Assembly (NCBI GenBank): GCA_030704615.1
Contig: CM060732.1
Span: forward strand, 55,056,001-55,120,000
Origin: Takakia lepidozioides
Lineage: Eukaryota; Plantae; Bryophyta
DNA length: 64,000 bases
Direction: 5' to 3'
Shown piece by piece: positions 38,401-49,479 of the stretch. The notes beneath the pieces were generated by a model that worked only from the letters and a program-made list of their open reading frames with translations, searched no databases and had not been told where the DNA came from. The translations under genes and the position numbers were made by a program. The number at the start of each line of letters is the position of its first letter. Position 1 is the stretch's first letter.

Positions 38401-41046
38401 CTGTTCTCTGGCAGCTGGCTGTTTTCCTTGCATGCTCATCCTCTCATAACTGTGTTTTTCAAGGCAAATGGCGGCTCAGGTGGTGCACCGCTCTCCTTGC
38501 CTGCTCATCCCTCAGAAACTGATCATTACCCTGAAGAAGGCGGCACCGCTTCTCTTGTTGCACAGAATACCAAGTAGAAGCCTTTAACGCTTCTCCTTAA
38601 AGCAAGCTAGAATCCCCTAGTGTAGGAGCACTTTCCTAAGACAGACTGCCCTGCCAATACCACTGCTCGCAGCAGCTGTTAAGAGTTGCCCGTCATCTTC
38701 CTCTTCGTCTTCCTCAACCCACGTTTCTAGGGTAAACGTCTGCAATGAAAGACATTCATCCTAAGGATAAAAATATGCATGGTCATGACTTAGCCACTTT
38801 TTATCCTGGCAAAGAAATATCATAGTGTGCCCATGAAATTACCTGTAGGCATAGATAATTCCCTCCCGTTATTTGGCACAAGGCACTCCCTTTGTAGCAA
38901 TGCAGAATTTTGATGGCAAAATAAAATTTAATGTTACTCCCCTGCATTCACACTACAGTTTACTTGTTCAAGATGTCTACGGTGGGCGAGGGCAGTGGCG
39001 TCAGCCTGGCCAAACGTATGCAACAAGGGGGGGATCCGGAGAAAGCCTGGATGATGTTCGATTATTGCAAACGAGTGAAGGGCTGGACAACCATGTCTTG
39101 CCATGTTTACGGCCCGAACTACCAAAGAATAATGGCAATTGCCATCTGTGACATGCAGTCTGAAGATACAGAGTCCCAGATGATAATGTGGAATTGTTTG
39201 CTTTCAGTCATGGAGTCCAATGGACATTCATGCATAAATTTCAATGGGTTTATGGCGGATAGTGCACAGGCTAATTTCAACGCTGTGCGCCGAGTTTTTG
39301 GATTTGGTGATCCAAAGGTACCCATGCCTAATAGGGAGCGCACATGTCTATTCCACTGGACTCAGTCCCTGCAGAAATATACGAAGAGGTGCATCAGAAG
39401 AGATCTGCAGGCGGAGCACATGAGGCTCTGCTTCATGTACAAGAATGTGACTACAATGGAAGAGGCTGAGAGCATGGTGGTTCTCGTCAGGGGCTACTGA
39501 TCAAGACGGTGTCAAAGAATTGGAAGACTGGTTGGTCTTCTGGCACTTCATATACATGCAATGGGGGGCTTTCATGACTACTGTAAGTTGCCTTTCACCT
39601 CTGCATCCCCTTATATGTGCCCAGTTTCTTTCCTTGTTCCTAGAACAGTCCGTGCTTGCATGAATGACGCTTTTTCATTTTCCTTTCACTGGACATGTCC
39701 CTTGAGGACATTGCGGACATGTCGTCCTGCAACCTGGCAAAAAGCGTTCACGCCGCCTGGAAGCAGCAATCTGGCAAAGCATGAAGAGATTTGTACATTG
39801 CTACAACAGATGATCTCGTACGAGCTCTAACCCAACAAACAAGATATCGTGACTTCCTCAGGGGGCGATGTGGGGGCAAGGGACCAGATACAGCAGAGTT
39901 GATGCTGAGGGCTGTAAGAAGGTCCGGGGATCCAACAAAGATGGCAAAGGCAGTGAACAGGTGCACAATGGGCTCGCCTCTCCAATCAAGGGAGCCCCAT
40001 CTGGAAGGAGATGAAAGGTTCGGGACTTGCAAACGCAAGCTAAATACACCTCCAGGATCAGATGGGGATTCACATCGCCATGACAGAGACAACTTCTCTG
40101 TACCCAAGATTTCTCCACTACAAAGCATGGCGTCCAGTACGAAAGAGGTTGCTGGTGCTTCCTCTTTCATAGAGCTACCTGTAATTGCGGGTTTCCAGCA
40201 GGACCACAGGGGAGCAGTGCAGGAGTCACCTTGTGCTGACTCCGAATGGCACATCGAGCGAACTACTCCATGGTCTAGAGTTGGTTGCGCTGCAGTGAGG
40301 GCCATTAGTTATGAAAAGTGTAAGTCCAGGGCTCGGCGGGTACTCCAGCTCCGACGTTCACAGGTTTGATTCGGCCATATATGTCAAAGGAGTCGAAGAT
40401 GCACAAATTCTGGTTCTGCCCAGACGATATGGCTCGCTGTGTGAATGGTACCGTCCGCGACTCCTGCATTGCTAAGCCTCCCCCACCAACCATTTGGCCA
40501 GTGCGGGTGGGAACCTCCCTAACAGCACTGGAGATTGGCAAATTGGAGGACGCCGGCTTTCGTCTGCACCGATCTGTGGCGTCGACTCTTGGTGGCCTTG
40601 CTGCTATGGTGCCTCCTCCAGACGATACTTCGCATCCCACGAGAAGGAATGGCAAAACAGTGCATCAGGTGGCTTCGGGGCCTGATCACGATGCGAAGGT
40701 GGAATCGGCCAGACTACTTCAGGCTCGCGTAATAGGAACTATGGAAGTACCTTCAGATGGGTATGGACGGGTTTATACTTTGGTCATATCTAGGTCTGTT
40801 TTGCACGACGGGGCCTATTAGGTGACGGTGGGAAATTTTCCGGGGTGTACCTGTCCCGACTTCGTGTGCATGCGTGAGGAAGTTCTGGGAAAGAGAGGGA
40901 AATGGGTTCCCTGCAAGCATCTTTACTACATCTTTTTGCGCAGGATGTATTGTGATCCCAAAAGAGATCAAATCATTCACCATGCGACACTAGGTCCTGG
41001 TGAGGTACGGACACTTTTGCAGCGAGACATTGGCAATATCGAGTAG
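35450..41046 (+). pseudogene. Mutator-like (MULE) transposase with GCM-like zinc DNA-binding domain, DDE core and SWIM finger; decayed and interrupted
   Basis: GCM-like DBD: DGHPWCRTKTSN..RRSVCVGHLRCVNASC..CKFC..C..HFGT.DH. DDE core: WMMFD, GFMADSAQAN, CLFHW and SCNLA(K)SVH, with the usual Glu replaced by Lys. SWIM: CTCPDF..CKHLYY at ~40846-40930. Stops at 36185 and 40819. A ~2.3-kb unrelated segment lies at ~36660-38935. The start is approximate. Confidence 0.85.
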
Positions 41047-41254
41047 TGTTGCATATGTTGCGATTTTTCGCAATGTCAGAAAGGGCTGCCTTGTTGGTAG
41101 AACATGTATACACAACTCTTAAAATTGGACAAGCAGACGATGTCTCGTTTTGAAAGGTAGTTTATTTTTTCATCGGGTTTGGTTAACGAGCCTCTAAAAT
41201 TGAGTGCGTCAACACACACCACTTCTGCCCCCACCCCCAATATTTCCCCGGGCG

Positions 41255-41293
<39 letters not shown>
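41255..41293 (+). repeat. Poly(A) tract (39 nt)
   Basis: Uninterrupted A run. Confidence 0.95.
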
Positions 41294-41295
<2 letters not shown>

Positions 41296-41339
41296 TTGTT
41301 TTGTTCGCGGGTCTGCCAAACATGGACAAGTGTCAGTAT

Positions 41340-42480
41340 GAAAGCTCATTTTATTTTTTGACGGCCTCTACAGAAGCATTGCGTAAATGAGCTTCATGAT
41401 GACCATCTGTTTTTTTTTTTCCACTTCTTCTGGAATAACAGGCACCTGAACAAGTTTCACAATGACAGCTCATTTGTTTTCCACGTCCTCTATACAAACA
41501 AACCCTAAATAAGCATTCATGATGACCATATGATTTTTTTTTCACCTCTTCTTCAATAACAGGAACCTGAAGAAGTTTGACAATGATAGAGCTCAAGTTT
41601 TTTTTTCACCTCTTCTTCACAAACAATCCCTAATTTATTCCCTAAATAAGCATTCATGATGACCATCTGGTGTTTTTTTCACCTCTTCTTCTATAACAGA
41701 AACCCGAAGAAGTTTGACAATGATAGAGCTCAACTTTTTTTTCACCTCTTCTTCACAAACAATCCCTAAATAAGCATTAATGATGACCATCTAATATTTT
41801 TTTCACCTCTTCTTTAATAACAGAAACCTTAACAAGTTTGAGAATGAGAGCTTAATTTTTTCACCTCTTCTTCACAAACAAACCCTATATAAGCATTCAT
41901 GATGACCATCTGATTTTTTTTTCACCTCTTCTTCAATAACAGAATCCTAAACAAGTTTCACAAGGATAGCTCAATGTTTTTTTTTTACCTCTTCTTCACA
42001 AAGACACCCTAAATAAGCAATCACAATGACCATGTGTTTTTTTTTCACCTCGTCTTCAATAACACAAACCTGAACAAGTTCCACAATAAACCGCTCATTT
42101 TGTTACACATCTTCTTCACAAACAAAGCCTAAATAAGCTTGAAGATGGTCATCTGTCAAATTTCACCTCATCTACATTAATAAAAACCATTGCCTGTTTC
42201 ACAATGAGTGGTCATATTTTGGGGCCTGTTCTTGCCCATCCTCATTATTTTAATCATCTCCTTCAATTTTCCCATCCATCATCATTCATCCACCATGGAT
42301 GAAATATTGGAAACGTCAGATAGCTTGACAATGAGCATCCAAACTTTTCTTGCCTCTTGTTCATGCAAGAATCCCTAAGTAAGATTCATGATGACTCACC
42401 CTGCCTTTTTTTTCACCTCTTCTTCAATAAGAAAACCTCAGTAACTTTCACAATGACCATTCCATGTTTTCTATACCTCT
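41340..42480 (+). repeat. Satellite with a ~120-125-bp unit made of two related ~60-bp halves
   Basis: CCCTAAATAAGCATTCATGATGACCAT recurs at ~41503, 41640, 41764, 41883, 42007 and 42128. Each half contains T(n)CACCTCTTCTTCA. Confidence 0.9.
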
Positions 42481-45377
42481 TTTTTTAAGCGCTATAACTG
42501 CTTCCACGACAAATAGGACCCTCTCTAAACAGAGGACTCGGGTATGGGGTAGCTAAAGGGCTCACGCTTAGAGGGCAAAGCGTGAGCCGAGCTCCTGGGC
42601 TCACACGGCTAGGCTCACGTCGTAGCTACACTCGCGTGAGCTACACTCAAAAACACAAATAAGGGGCAAGGAAAAACATTGAAAGAAGCCATGCAGATTT
42701 GAGAGTCGGAGAGAGGGAGAGAGAGGGAGAGAAAAAAACCACACATATTGAATAGAACACCGCAGGAATAATGCAGAAAACAATCCGAAGTGCATGAGGT
42801 GAGATACAAATATATAATTCAGGCACTCAGTGCAAGAGAAATGTTGCAATGGACATGGGTTGGACTGAAAACTACAAATAAGGGGCAAAGAAGAAACATT
42901 GAGAGAAAGGAAGCCATGTGAGTTTTGGAGAGAGAGAGAGAGAGAAGCCCTGCATATTGCATAGAATACCACAGGAGTAATGCACAAACCAATAGTCCGT
43001 TCGAAACAAATTTTATTTCCCCAAAAAACAATCAGATCTGCAAAAGTGCATGAGGTGAAATACAAATATATACTTCAGGCTTACCAATCCCGTCCTTGGC
43101 TTAAGACTATGCACAAAATTGGCTTTAATTCAAACCTATGTATAGTTACTGCACCTCATTACATCTCAACTGTGCGAAACAAAGATGTTTTAGCCAGCCC
43201 CCAACAGCCTCTTCAAGCCTGTTTTCTGGTTGGCAGTCAGCCTGGTCGGGAATTCAATCTCAAATTTTATCCTCAAATTGCCTTTTCTGCTGGGCTCCTT
43301 CGCAACCGGCATCTCCTCTTTACACTACAACAGATTCCGGCTTTAACATCTGCCACATTTGCCCAGTCGTAGCATATATGTCTACAAAATGCAAGGGGGC
43401 AGTCCTGGTTGCCATTTGTGACCAGCAGAAGTCGTATATGCCACCTTGTACCTCCGCCACGTCAGGATCTGCGGTCAAACACGTTTGACCAGATAGGGGA
43501 AGATGGTAGATACGACTATGAGTCATGGTCAAAACTGCAACAGGATGACGTGGGCATGGGAATGTATGATTGCCAGTATTCACAACTGCACGTGACAATT
43601 GTCGGTTGCCCAAGGAGTGTCTACGTGGACGATGCAAACATAAATGGATGAAACATATGCAGGATGTGATTGCAAATGACGACGTGTCAACATATCATTG
43701 TTCGCGGGCACTATGCCACACCTTGTGAATGAATGAATGGATGAATGAATGATTAGGATGGATTAGGATGAGTGAACTAGGATGAATTATGATGACTTAG
43801 GATGAATGTGCTCGAATTTAGGGTTGTTAGGTCGCGTTAAGTATGAGGATAATAAGTAGTAAAAATATTTAACTACTGTTTCACTGACCCGCAGATTAAC
43901 AGTAAAACTAATCGACTGCTGGTTAAGGTTAGTGAAAAAAACAACTGTATTATCTCAACGAATGATACACAAATGCCTTGCTGGCAACTATTGGATGAAC
44001 GTATCAAACATAATTTTTGTGCACTGGATGAACGTATGAACGAATGATACAACAAACGCCTTGCTGGCAACTATTGGATGAACATATGAACGAATGATAG
44101 TGCAAACGCTGAGCTGACATCAATTGGATGAACTGACAGTGAAACTCATTTAAAGATTTATTTTGGATGAATGGATGAAATTAAAATGGCCAAAAAATGG
44201 AAAAACAAATGAATGGATGGATGTATTGATGGAAAACCCAAAATCCATCCATCTATCGAGGATTTAATTTACATTAGAAAAATTCTATAGATTTTTGGTC
44301 AGGTCCAAAAAACTAAAACTAAAACTAGGTAAGTAGATTTCCCCTTTCTGCAACTATCCCCCCAAAAACTGCGTCAAACAGAGCTCACCAACCAGGCTCT
44401 TTAAACATAACACCCTTTAAAAAAATTAAACAAATACAAGGAAAAATCTATTTTCAATCATTTGTCTTGGTTCCCTGTTCCCTGGTTCCCTAAGAATTCC
44501 CTGGACTCATGCTTGGCTCATATCTGAAAAATAACGATCTTAGATTCTTAACTCAATCGCTCCACAGTGGAATTACCATGATAAAGGTAATGTCTTCTCA
44601 TCCATCCAGTCATGAGTAGAGGGGACTTAGCGTTTTTTTGTCTCCTCTGCCATCTGTTTGTTTTCTTTGTGTCAAGTTTGATCATGAGAGACGAACAATC
44701 AGGACAGAGCTGTGTTTGCTTTCTTTTAGTGTCGAGTCTGATAATGAGAGATGTCGAACAGGGCGGAGCTATGTTTGTTTTGTTTTAGGGTCGAGTCTGA
44801 TCATGAGAGACGACGAGCGGAGCTGGTGGGATAGGGGGCAGACAGGGACTCAAACCCTAGAATCGGGGCATGAAGAAATCCGTCTTGTGCGAAATCATTT
44901 CCAGCTCGGTATGATGCGAGGCCTCTCGTATGAGCCAAGCGAGATGACAGGGCCTTGCGTATGGAGTGGGTGTGCAGGAGCATATGCCTTGTGCAAATGT
45001 GTGAATTTTGCTTTGTTGCCCTTGTTTTCTCTCACTGAAGTTGGAAGCAGGTTTGCTCGTCTTGGTTTCAGTAAAGGAGTTGGCTTGCTGGTCGGTTGAA
45101 TCCTCCATGGTTGAAAGAAAAGCTAGCTGCCATGACACGAGGTCAAGGACAAAGTGGTAACTGCTCATTCTTCAGCACATTTCTTCTTCGACCTATTTCA
45201 GCTTGTTTTGCCCTCTCACCAGACTTGGCCCTGAGATGCATATTGAATGTTGTATGTTAGCTCGTTGCTCGTTGATAAGTAGGGTTGGGGGTGTTTGTTG
45301 GAACAATTCTAGGCTGTCATTGTCAGCTGCTAGCAGGAAGGCAAAGATGTATGTTTGTTTTTTGCAGTGTCATAGAG

Positions 45378-46934
45378 AGCTGAAGGAGCAAGGATACAGT
45401 GTGTGTCCAGATTCATCCAAGAGGGCCGGATTTCAAGCTCCACGTTACCTATGATTTCCTGTGGAAGGATAGATACAAGAAACCTGCATGGATAGATGGT
45501 CAACTGGAAGCCGCAGCAGCAGCGACACAATTGATAAAATCAGGCACTGCTAATGAAGGCACCTTCTTCAACACATTTCACCCTGTTTTCCCCTCTTATC
45601 AGACTCGGCCCTCAATTTTCGTGTTGAATTCTGTAAGTTAGTTGTTGAGTGAATGTAGTTGGGAGTGACTTTGACATGATACTGCCAATGTGACAAGGAT
45701 ATGCATTGAACTCATTGGTAGCGGGATATTGGGATAACTCTTGGCCATTTGTCATCGTCAAAGCTGAAATTGTACTAGTTGTCATTCTGAACACTGCCCT
45801 GGTGGACATGCATGCCAAATGTGGGTGCAGCAAGCCTGATGCGAAGGGAGAGTTCGACAACATGGCTAAATGAGATGTGGTGTTGTGGAGTGCCATGATT
45901 GCAAGGTATGTGCAGCATGGGTGTGGGACTAAGGCTTTGGAAACCTAAGAGCAAATGATGTGGGAAAGGATGAAGCCAGACCAGGTCATATTCATTTGTG
46001 TTTGTAATATGCATGTGTGAGCCTAGAAGCCCTGGGAAGGGGCCAAGAGGTTCATGGTGACATCATCAAAGCTGGAATTGTACCTGATGTCATTCTGAAC
46101 ATTCCCTTGGTGTACGTGTATGTCAAATGCGAGCCTGGTAGCCCTGGAAAGGACGCAACATGGTGACATTGTCAAAGCTGGAATTGTACCACTAGATGTC
46201 TCTAAACACTGCCTTGGTGGATATGTATGTCAAATGTAAGCCTGGCAGCCCTGAAAAATGGTGCAGAGGTCCACGGTAATATCGTCAAAGCTAGTATTGT
46301 ATCTGATGTGATTATGAATGTTGTCGTAGTGGACATGTATGCCAAGTTTGGGTACAACTACAAGGATACAATTGACATGTAGTTTGATAATATGGTTGAA
46401 TGAGATGTGGTATCAGCCTAGCCCATAATTGCACTTAACTAGAGTAGGCAATGAGTGAAAGACGGGGTTTCGTGGTGACATCGTCCAAGCTGGAATTGAA
46501 TTGATGTTGTTCTGAAATATGCCCTTGTGGTGAGGGCGTGCAGAGCAGGAGCGCGGGATGGGGCTTTGGAGACCTGAAAGCAAATGATGGGGGAAGGGGT
46601 GAAGCTCGACCACATCATGTTTGTGTGCGTTTGCAGTGCGTGTGCAAGCCTGACAGCCCTGGAAAGCACATGCAAAGAGGTACATGGTTGCATCACCAAA
46701 GCTGGAATTGTACCAGATGTGATTATGAACAATACCCTCGTGGGCATGGATAGCTGAAGGAGCAGGGATAGAGTGTGGGCGCAGATTCATCCAAGATAGC
46801 TGGATTTTCAAGCTCCACATTACCTATGATTCATTGTGGAAGGATAGCTAGAAGAAACTTGCATGGGTAGATGGTCAACTGGAAGCCGCAGCAGCAGTGA
46901 CACAATTGATAAAATCAGGCACTGCTAATGAAGG
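45378..46934 (+). repeat. Two ~182-bp direct repeats (45378-45559, 46752-46934) bracketing the PPR fragments
   Basis: AGCTGAAGGAGCA..GATGGTCAACTGGAAGCCGCAGCAGCAG..GGCACTGCTAATGAAGG is present in both copies. Confidence 0.9.
45752..46750 (+). pseudogene. Scrambled PLS-class pentatricopeptide repeat (PPR) fragments
   Basis: Reads LNTALVDMHAKCG..FDNM..DVVLWSAMIARYVQHG.G..AL..QM...MKPD.V.F..V..AC.SL.AL..G.EVH.DIIKAGI..DV. The IVKAGI..DV.LN segment is repeated about 5 times, with stops and frameshifts. Confidence 0.88.
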
Positions 46935-49479
46935 TAGTGGATTGCTAAAGTTTGAGAGATGTCAGTGTATGCATCTTCTGCTCAGGCATTTGGAAGTCTA
47001 CATAAACTTTGCAGCTTTGTGCATTTTTGTAGCAGCACCGGATTAGATTATGGAACGGATCTTTGAACATTAAGTCACGTTGTATTTGAATCGTTGTTCC
47101 AATTTCAAATGTGCTTTCATGTTTCAATGCTGCTAGAGTTAGGCCCATGACTACGGTCATGTACACGACTCCCTCCCATCCACAGAGCCTCCGCCACGTG
47201 CCACTTTCACCCCTCGTGTTCGCCCATACTCGTGCCACGTGCAGTATCTAGAGTGCGCCATGGAAGTCATATGCTCCAGTCGTAACAACCACCCCCATCC
47301 TGCATAATTTGATTCCACGTGTCATGTCCAGTCTTCTCCACGTGTTGTCCTGGGGTTAATCTGCGGAAGTCATATATGTCAGTCGTAAAGACCCTGTCGC
47401 CTTCTTTTTGACGTGACACGTGGCATATCCCTTCTGTTCCATGTGAAGTTGACATGGATTCGCAGTCATTAACTACAATCTTATCAATTACTATGATTAG
47501 GCGTCCCCGTAGCCACGTCAACAGTGAGCTCCACGACTGGCAGATATGACTCTATGGCACTTACGACTCATTTGTCACAACTGACTGGGTTTATCTGACT
47601 GGGCAGTCATGCAGTCATAAAAGGCTGATACGATTGGAAAATAACAGACGTAAAAGCCGGATTTTCTACTAGTGTTAGGTACAACCTTTTACATATCCAG
47701 GACTGATGACATCTAAGAAAGATAGGTTCAATGTCCTCCCATCTATCCATGTCCTCCCACCTATCTCCCAATGCCCCCCCATCTTCAACGAGACTGTACA
47801 ACCTGTGAGCGTCTCAACAAAGGAGACCTTCTGTACCACAATTAAGTCATTACCGTGGCGCTTGTACACTTCGTGTTGCCTCTCATCAATGACAAAGACT
47901 AGGTCTGCAGCCACCATGTTGGGCTGTTTTTTTTCTTTTTCTGGGAACGTGATCTTAGTCCCCTTCTTCCAGCCAGGCTTCACCTCAATTGTCAAAATCT
48001 CCTCAACGGGGAGTGTCTTACCACTTGCATCAGCAATACTTATGGAGATTTTCATCTTCCTGGTTGAGCCTTTATAGAGCTCCTCTAGACTGCATTGCAA
48101 CTTGTTTTCCACAGGGGCTGCTTTGCAAGGCATGAACGGGTCCCCTTCACCAAATGATCTGAAGGAATTATCTGATCTGCCCGACGTCCGAAAAAATGTT
48201 CTCTGTTCTGCTGCCAAACATGCCATCACCTAACGGAACTCGGGTATTCCTACACCCCCCCCCCCCCGTCGACCCGCCCATGCCTCCCATACCCCCAATA
48301 GTCTGTCACTACCTAACCCGGAGAGAGTTGAGCAGCAGCTAAAACATGAGCTTCAGGATCTAGTTTAGGATGTTTAAGAATATGAGAGGAATATTATGAG
48401 GTTGCTCATGAATGTACAGTAACAATGTTTGAACATGAAGTCACTGATTTAGCCAATTACCTCAGTAAGTCCAGTCAATCTAGGAGAGTATCTCAACCAA
48501 TTGTTGTAAAGTTTGTTTGAGTACTCTTTGTTTCCTTAGGACTAGTGGGTGTGAAATCAAGGAGGCTTATTCAAGACAAACATTTCACACAGACTCGCAA
48601 CTGTGCAAGTGTTGAAGAGGTCGTGACTCTCTGCAGCCATGGGTTGACTCGCATGCCGATGGCAACGGGCTTTTTGCCATCATTATCTTGCTGTAGAGCA
48701 AGTGAACATGGTTTCTGATCATATTTGCCACTGCTCCACTCCTGTTTTTCATCTCCTCTACAATATCCTTGATCTGGGCAAGGTTTCCAGTCCCAAAGAT
48801 TGTGTTGGGGGTTAGATGCATTTAATAAGTGACTAGTAGATAACAAGCTCTGAAGCTCCACTTCCCATATGGCTATGATGAGGCTTCTCGAAATTTGATG
48901 TAAACGTATAATAATTAGCCTTGGACGGATCTTTTTCCCATTTAAAAAAGATGTATGCACATGCATGGACTACTAGATTCAGTTAAAAAACCTAGTGGCA
49001 GAAGGTGGGAATAGAAACACACCAGCATCGAGGTACTGGATACAGTGGACTAGTAGTGACTTGCAGCAGCATGGCACCTCTCTTAGCTGAATCATGCAGA
49101 TGATCTCTTGTGCCCTGCATAATTAAGTGTCTGCTGAGTGGAGGATGAGATGGCACACTTGTTCACATTGAATGGAAGCCCCAACATCATCTTTGGGAGG
49201 AGAGAAAGAAAGACAGCAAACTATGAAGAGCCCAGTCAAAACTAGGGTAGGTTTGGACTTGCTTAGTATTTATATATCGATATGTCCAACGGACCCACGA
49301 CCAACCGACAAACACAAGTAAACATCTAACCAAACACTGAGTACATCTCATCTTTTTGTATTATTTCAATGCAATGATACTTGCAACACGATGCATAATA
49401 GCATAGACTTTACATCATATTGAAGTCAATGACCAGTGATGGGTACACTTCTTTTCTTTCATATTACGAGTTGTTTTTA

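Larger units (their letters stand above)
29120..41254. mobile_element. Putative two-gene Mutator-like element (transposase plus ParB-MTase cargo); boundaries approximate, no TIR/TSD identified
   Basis: Divergent gene pair with similar decay. The same 26-bp palindrome occurs within the left gene and just downstream of the transposase stop (41198). Confidence 0.6.
43323..47674. mobile_element. Non-autonomous CACTA (En/Spm) element carrying host-gene fragments (Pack-CACTA)
   Basis: Left end CACTACAACAGATTCCGGCTTTAACATCTG; right end reverse complement CACTAGTAGAAAATCCGGCTTTTACGTCTG (23/30 identical). TTA flanks both sides (43320-43322, 47675-47677). Removing the element restores DnaJ collinearity. 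Confidence 0.9.
43190..48229 (-). pseudogene. Type II DnaJ/HSP40 C-terminal region (J-domain absent, no intron seen), split by a CACTA insertion
   Basis: 48229-47675 encodes LQCSLEELYKGSTRKMKIS..ILTIEVKPGWKKGTKITFPEK..DLVFVIDE. 43322-43190 continues (KVVP)KEEMPVAKEPSRKGNLRIKFEIEFPTRLTANQKTGLKRLLGAG*. There is a 1-nt frameshift just before the insertion site. Confidence 0.88.

Noticed and set aside
48571-48966. Possible HflX-like fragment (TIFGTGNLAQIK)
   Set aside because: Only a short resemblance, with no GTPase motifs nearby.
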